Source: an uncultured virus (IMG/VR IMGVR_UViG_3300007231_000006) (Duplodnaviria; Heunggongvirae; Uroviricota; Caudoviricetes). Taken from it: DNA of 20,000 bases. Below are positions 16,297 through 20,000 of this stretch, piece by piece. Position numbers and translations under genes: made by a program. The stretch lies in IMG/VR virus record IMGVR_UViG_3300007231_000006. One strand, written 5' to 3'. The first letter of the stretch is position 1, and each line of letters begins with the position of its first letter. Below the pieces are notes generated by a model. That model was not told where the DNA came from. It was given only the letters and a program-made list of their open reading frames with translations, and searched no databases.

Positions 16297-17848
16297 CTGC
16301 TCTAGCGTTTGAGATTACACAATCAGCGGATATAATGGTAGACACTACAGAGCAAGCGTTTTTCAAAGCGGACTTAGTAACTAGAACTGGATCAATTATA
16401 CCAGCTTCTACCATGTTTACAAATTCGCCTGAAACTACGTCCATACCCTCGCCTTCTTCTAACGTTATGTTGCAGATAAGCCCAGCGTTGTCTAGTATGA
16501 CCTTGTAAGGAGCTCTTATGGCTCCAAACAGTATCTCTTCTCCCACCCCTTGGGGTGAAATTTTTTCAGAAGCGTTTAATAGCGCTACACCACCGCCAGG
16601 TACAATACCTTCTTTTAATGCTGCTTTAGTTGCGTATATAGCGTCTTCAGCTCTATCTTTCTTTTCTTTAAGCTCTACCTTAGAGTTTGCGCCTACCTTG
16701 ACAATAGCCACAGAACCTGATAAAGTAGCAACCCGCTCTTCTAGCTTCTTTTTAATAAAGCTATTCTTCTCTTCTTGAATCTTTTTAACTACAGAGTCAA
16801 TCCTTTCCTCGATATCCTCTGTCATGCCTTCTAGCGTTATAACAGTATCACTTGCCGATGTTACAGCATACTGTGCTTCACCTAGGTATTCTGGCGTTAT
16901 CATGTCTAGATCATCTCCTAGTGCTTCGTTTATAACTGTAGCGCCAGTGAGAACTGCAATATCTTCTGTAGCGTCGTTTTTAGTGGGTCCAAAGCCAGGT
17001 AGATCAATAATGTTTACCTTAATGTTTCCTTTAACCTTGTTCATCATAAGAGCCGCTTTCACTTGCTGCGCTACAGGAGCGATAATCAGCAGCGCGCGGC
17101 CCTTCTTAATAACATGTTCTAGAACACCTTGAATCTTCCTCACGTTAGGTATCTCACTAGAAACAACTAGAACTAGAGGATTGTCTAGCTCTACTGTATT
17201 CTTCTCGGTATTAGTTATAAAGTGCTCGGACGTAATCCCACACTCTATTTTAACTCCATCTACTAGTTCAACGTACGTATCCTCTGTCTCGCTAGACTCC
17301 ATAAGCACGACACCACCTTTACCTACTTTTTCGTAAGCTTCCGCGATAGTTGTTCCCAGGCTAATGTCATTGTTGCAGCTAATAGAACTAACGTTGAATA
17401 GCATATCACCCTCAACTTTAGTAGCAATTTGTTCGAGATACTTATTGATCTTTCCCAAGCCAGAAGCAATCCCGCTTTTAACGTCTCTAATAGATGCATT
17501 TTTATAGTTGTCTTTGTTTACCTCATTTAACAACGCCTCGGCAAGAACCGTAGCGGTTGTAGTTCCATCACCAGCTTCACGCACTGTGTTGCTGGCGGCT
17601 TCTTTTATAAGTGTAGCACCTATGTTTTCAACGGGATCGTATAAGACTACGCTTTGGGCAACGGTTACTCCGTCTTTTGTGATCACCGGTTTACCGCGTC
17701 CATCTTCATATATGACGCACTTTCCAGAAGCGCCAAGTGTGGATTTTACGGCTTTGGCCAGCTTGTGAACGCCGGTCATTATTTTATGCTTAGCTCCCTG
17801 ACCAAAGTCTAATTGCTTGATCAGTTCGCTAGGAATGTTATACTCCAT
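16283..17848 (-). CDS. groEL: Chaperonin GroEL (phage-encoded, divergent), 521 aa
   Basis: ITKDGVTVA, ATP-binding AGDGTTTATVLA, PGFG, ELKEKKDRAEDA (catalytic Asp region), GIVPGGG and GIIDPVLVTKSAL. No C-terminal GGM tail. Confidence 0.95.
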   Translation of the reverse strand: MEYNIPSELIKQLDFGQGAKHKIMTGVHKLAKAVKSTLGASGKCVIYEDGRGKPVITKDGVTVAQSVVLYDPVENIGATLIKEAASNTVREAGDGTTTATVLAEALLNEVNKDNYKNASIRDVKSGIASGLGKINKYLEQIATKVEGDMLFNVSSISCNNDISLGTTIAEAYEKVGKGGVVLMESSETEDTYVELVDGVKIECGITSEHFITNTEKNTVELDNPLVLVVSSEIPNVRKIQGVLEHVIKKGRALLIIAPVAQQVKAALMMNKVKGNIKVNIIDLPGFGPTKNDATEDIAVLTGATVINEALGDDLDMITPEYLGEAQYAVTSASDTVITLEGMTEDIEERIDSVVKKIQEEKNSFIKKKLEERVATLSGSVAIVKVGANSKVELKEKKDRAEDAIYATKAALKEGIVPGGGVALLNASEKISPQGVGEEILFGAIRAPYKVILDNAGLICNITLEEGEGMDVVSGEFVNMVEAGIIDPVLVTKSALKNACSVVSTIISADCVISNARADESN

Positions 17849-17880
17849 ATTATATTAAATTAAATTATAGTGGTTTGGTT

Positions 17881-18147
17881 TTATTTACTGGTCCTGCGGG
17901 CTTTTCTATCGCCTCTTTTATCGTTGGTGTCCGCTCCTTGAGCGATGGGTTGGCTGGCTCTCTGGTCTTTAACGTCTGATCGGATTTCTTTCTTACGCTT
18001 GCGCTGGTACTTGTTGTACTCCTTTACTTCTTCGCGAGAACCTCCATGGTCTTTTAGAGACTTTCTCTCTTCACGGATATCCTGGCGCATTTCTTTTCTA
18101 GATCTATCGCCATAGAATTTATCCATGCCTTTCATCTTGAATGCCAT
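17881..18147 (-). CDS. Very basic small protein with MAFKMKG leader, 88 aa
   Basis: Start reassigned to ATG 18147, just after the upstream stop. K/R-rich. Confidence 0.75.
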   Translation of the reverse strand: MAFKMKGMDKFYGDRSRKEMRQDIREERKSLKDHGGSREEVKEYNKYQRKRKKEIRSDVKDQRASQPIAQGADTNDKRGDRKARRTSK

Positions 18148-18148
18148 G

Positions 18149-18367
18149 TTAGTTTTTCTTTTGGCGTACAATTTTACCGTTTTTCATGACGTAATCGTTG
18201 TCTACTACGAATCCTTGAGCATCTACTTCTAGCTTACCTTTAGGATCTGCAATAGGAGCACCAGTGTCTACGTCTGAGTACTTGCCGTTTTCGTTTTTAA
18301 TGCTTTGTCCAGCAATAGTTGTCTTTTTTCCTTTAGCAAAAGGTGCACCCTTCATCTTAAACGCCAT
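18149..18367 (-). CDS. Small basic protein with MAFKMKG leader, 72 aa
   Basis: Clean ORF beginning MAFKMKGAPF. Confidence 0.75.
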   Translation of the reverse strand: MAFKMKGAPFAKGKKTTIAGQSIKNENGKYSDVDTGAPIADPKGKLEVDAQGFVVDNDYVMKNGKIVRQKKN

Positions 18368-18372
18368 AATTT

Positions 18373-18669
18373 TTATTTTTTAAAAGTTTTGACCACTTTT
18401 GGTCCGCTAATTGTGTCTAGTTTTTTAGCAAAATACTCAATGCTTCCGTCAATAGCGGATTCTGCGCCATCTAAAGACTCTCTACGTGTCACGGAGTGCC
18501 ACTTTTCGCCTTCTTCTGGGTTAGATACCTCGGTTTGGTAAAAACCGTTGGGTAATTGAGTAATTCGCCAGTGGCCTTTGTCGGCCATATGCTTCCATTG
18601 CCCGATTTCTTTATCGTTAGGCTTCGATGCGTACGCTGTAGACGTACTGTTGTAGTATAAATAGGTCAT
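18373..18669 (-). CDS. Conserved hypothetical protein, 98 aa
   Basis: Clean ORF with globular composition (WRITQLPNGFYQTE..W..VTRRESLDGAESAID). Confidence 0.75.
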   Translation of the reverse strand: MTYLYYNSTSTAYASKPNDKEIGQWKHMADKGHWRITQLPNGFYQTEVSNPEEGEKWHSVTRRESLDGAESAIDGSIEYFAKKLDTISGPKVVKTFKK

Positions 18670-18726
18670 TTTCTTTGGTTTTATGACTGTTTATGGTATA
18701 GGGACTTTCCCTACGTTAGTTTATTA

Positions 18727-19089
18727 TTATCCTTTAGTCCAGTAGGCATATTCTAAGATGCAGCTTGCCGTGTCGGCTCTAGCTTCTAAACCAGCTCCAT
18801 CGTTTATGGGGAAAAAAGCAAACTCTCCAGGGCTTAATCTGGCATACTGTACGCTCGCTGTAGTTTGAAGTATGACGAAGTTTGTCGTGTCTATGTTTTT
18901 AGCATAGAAATACTTTACTCCACTAATAGCCTCATCTACCAGCTCTTGATTATCGGATGTTGTTATAGTGACCCTTGATATGCCGATCGCTGGGATGGTC
19001 ACAGTTAACGAGTCAGTTACTGATAGGTTTAAAGCCTCGCTTGTTGCGTCTGAACTTGTCAGCGTCAATGTTGGTACTAGTGTTGCCAT
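18727..19089 (-). CDS. Small T/S-rich beta protein, possible virion component, 120 aa
   Basis: Clean ORF with triple TAA stop. Thr-rich strands and YFYAKNID..NFV..RLSPGEFAFFP pattern. Confidence 0.65.
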   Translation of the reverse strand: MATLVPTLTLTSSDATSEALNLSVTDSLTVTIPAIGISRVTITTSDNQELVDEAISGVKYFYAKNIDTTNFVILQTTASVQYARLSPGEFAFFPINDGAGLEARADTASCILEYAYWTKG

Positions 19090-19092
19090 CGT

Positions 19093-19569
19093 TTAGAGAT
19101 TTCTTTTTCGGTCTTCCTTTTTACGCTCTGAAGCTGTCAAACTAGCCCGTCGCTTTCGTTCCGCCAAAGCAGCGGCTTTATTTTTATTCCTTTCATCCCG
19201 CCCTGCCTGATTCGCGTTCGTTCTGGCACGTGCTTTAGCTTGAGATGCTACGTCAGCTCCCGTGACATCTCTATCACGCATCGCATTAGCAGAAGCCTCG
19301 TTGGAGGCCATTTCAGTTGCGGTTTTTTCTCTAACCGCCTGGCGCTCGTCATCTGACATGTCGTTGTACCCAGACCCGACACGGACGCCGCGCAGTGCTT
19401 CAGCGTCTTTATTCTTAATGACCGTTGGGTCTATATCGCTCCCTGTGCCCATAGCGCCAAGCCCCTTCAACAACTCATTTGTAGCGCCTGGAACTGGTTT
19501 TCCATCCTTCATCGGACTGCCAATGCCGTAGTTACGGTACATCGGTGTTCCCTTCATTTTAAATGCCAT
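19093..19569 (-). CDS. Low-complexity protein with MAFKMKG leader, SPMK motif and basic C-terminus, 158 aa; first gene of the minus-strand arm
   Basis: MAFKMKGTPMYRNYGIGSPMKD...; A/R/K-rich C-terminal half. Confidence 0.75.
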   Translation of the reverse strand: MAFKMKGTPMYRNYGIGSPMKDGKPVPGATNELLKGLGAMGTGSDIDPTVIKNKDAEALRGVRVGSGYNDMSDDERQAVREKTATEMASNEASANAMRDRDVTGADVASQAKARARTNANQAGRDERNKNKAAALAERKRRASLTASERKKEDRKRNL

Positions 19570-19729
19570 GATAGGTATTTATTTAGTGTGTGTATATATA
19601 GTTGAATAGTTACACGGTATACAAGTAATTTAAAAACAGTGACATAAGCCTGTTACTATCTGGCTTATCTAGCTAGTGTCACACTTAGCCCCGAAAAAAA
19701 ATTACTATAAATTTAGAGAGTTTGTGTAG

Positions 19730-19757
19730 CCCCCTCCCCCTGCCCCTCCCCCCTCCC
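19730..19757 (-). other. G-quadruplex-capable tract (five C-runs on the plus strand)
   Basis: Plus strand CCCCC-T-CCCCC-TG-CCCC-T-CCCCCC-T-CCC, unique in this AT-rich window. Confidence 0.6.
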
Positions 19758-19845
19758 AGGGAAAGTCGCTACTTTTAGGGCCCCCCGTCACGACATAACT
19801 ACGACGTCGCGTAGATAATATATATATAACAAACAAACAAACAAC

Positions 19846-20000
19846 ATGAACAACAACGATACCGAAAGAAATTTCTACACCAATTATCTCTGCTCATTCT
19901 ACACGCATGATCAACTCGATAAGTACTGCACTGCTACACTGTCAATAATGTACAAATCAATTCGAGGCCCATTCATCAACGAGCCTAATCCATTCTCCAA
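19846..20000 (+). CDS. Hypothetical protein, first gene of a divergent plus-strand arm, truncated at right edge
   Basis: ATG 19846 preceded by (AAAC)n. Reads MNNNDTERNFYTNYLCSFYTHDQLDKYCTATLSIMYKSIRGPFINEPNPFS and stays open to the window end. Confidence 0.55.
   Translation, partial: MNNNDTERNFYTNYLCSFYTHDQLDKYCTATLSIMYKSIRGPFINEPNPFS

Noticed and set aside
16039..17848. groEL/groES as evidence of host chromosome (prophage boundary)
   Set aside because: Reversed order, strong divergence, missing GGM tail and phage-type genes on both sides indicate they are phage genes.
11684..18171. Extended N-termini given by the ORF track for 11408..11770, 13616..14107, 14091..14441 and 17881..18171
   Set aside because: They use non-ATG starts deep within upstream genes. 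Internal ATGs at 11683, 14089, 14309 and 18147 give compact packing and sensible N-termini.
18697..18714. Small hairpin TAGGGA-AAG-TCCCTA (minus), with AGGGAAAGTC recurring on the plus strand at 19758-19767
   Set aside because: Short stem, no U-tract, and a single 10-nt match in the opposite orientation could be chance.
285..19531. All plus-strand ORFs in the track (e.g. 285..608, 2573..2869, 5868..6152, 16287..17768 set, 19262..19531)
   Set aside because: Each lies antisense to a well-supported minus-strand gene and has the S/L/F-rich composition of shadow ORFs.
1..19569. Amber (TAG) stop-codon reassignment as in some crAss-like phages, since none of the called genes ends in TAG (all TAA or TGA)
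   Set aside because: Long genes are intact in the standard code with no in-frame TAG and no suppressor tRNA is visible. TAG avoidance is expected in an AT-rich genome.

Overview
The window looks like the head-packaging-morphogenesis arm of a podovirus-like Bacteroidota (probably marine Flavobacteriia) phage with crAss-like module architecture. About 29 tightly packed genes run on the minus strand. In transcription order (right to left) they are: small basic or beta-rich proteins, phage groEL then groES, two paralogous beta-rich proteins, a winged-helix protein, a minimal HExxH metallopeptidase, two holin-like membrane proteins, a 43-aa basic microprotein missed by the ORF track, a tandem GroES-like protein, putative TerS, TerL, portal, scaffold-like protein, major capsid protein, two putative tail ring/adaptor proteins and a truncated tail stabilisation/nozzle protein. 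At about 19570-19845 the coding strand switches across a structured non-coding region (hairpin, C-tracts, candidate promoters). Three observations stand out. (1) Four otherwise unrelated small basic proteins share an N-terminal MAFKM(K/R)G leader, the metallopeptidase carries a variant, and SPMK motifs recur; this suggests an undescribed targeting/processing system. (2) The chaperonin kit is expanded to GroEL, GroES and a double-GroES-like protein. (3) The strand-switch region is highly structured. All family assignments come from motif recognition by eye; no searches were run.
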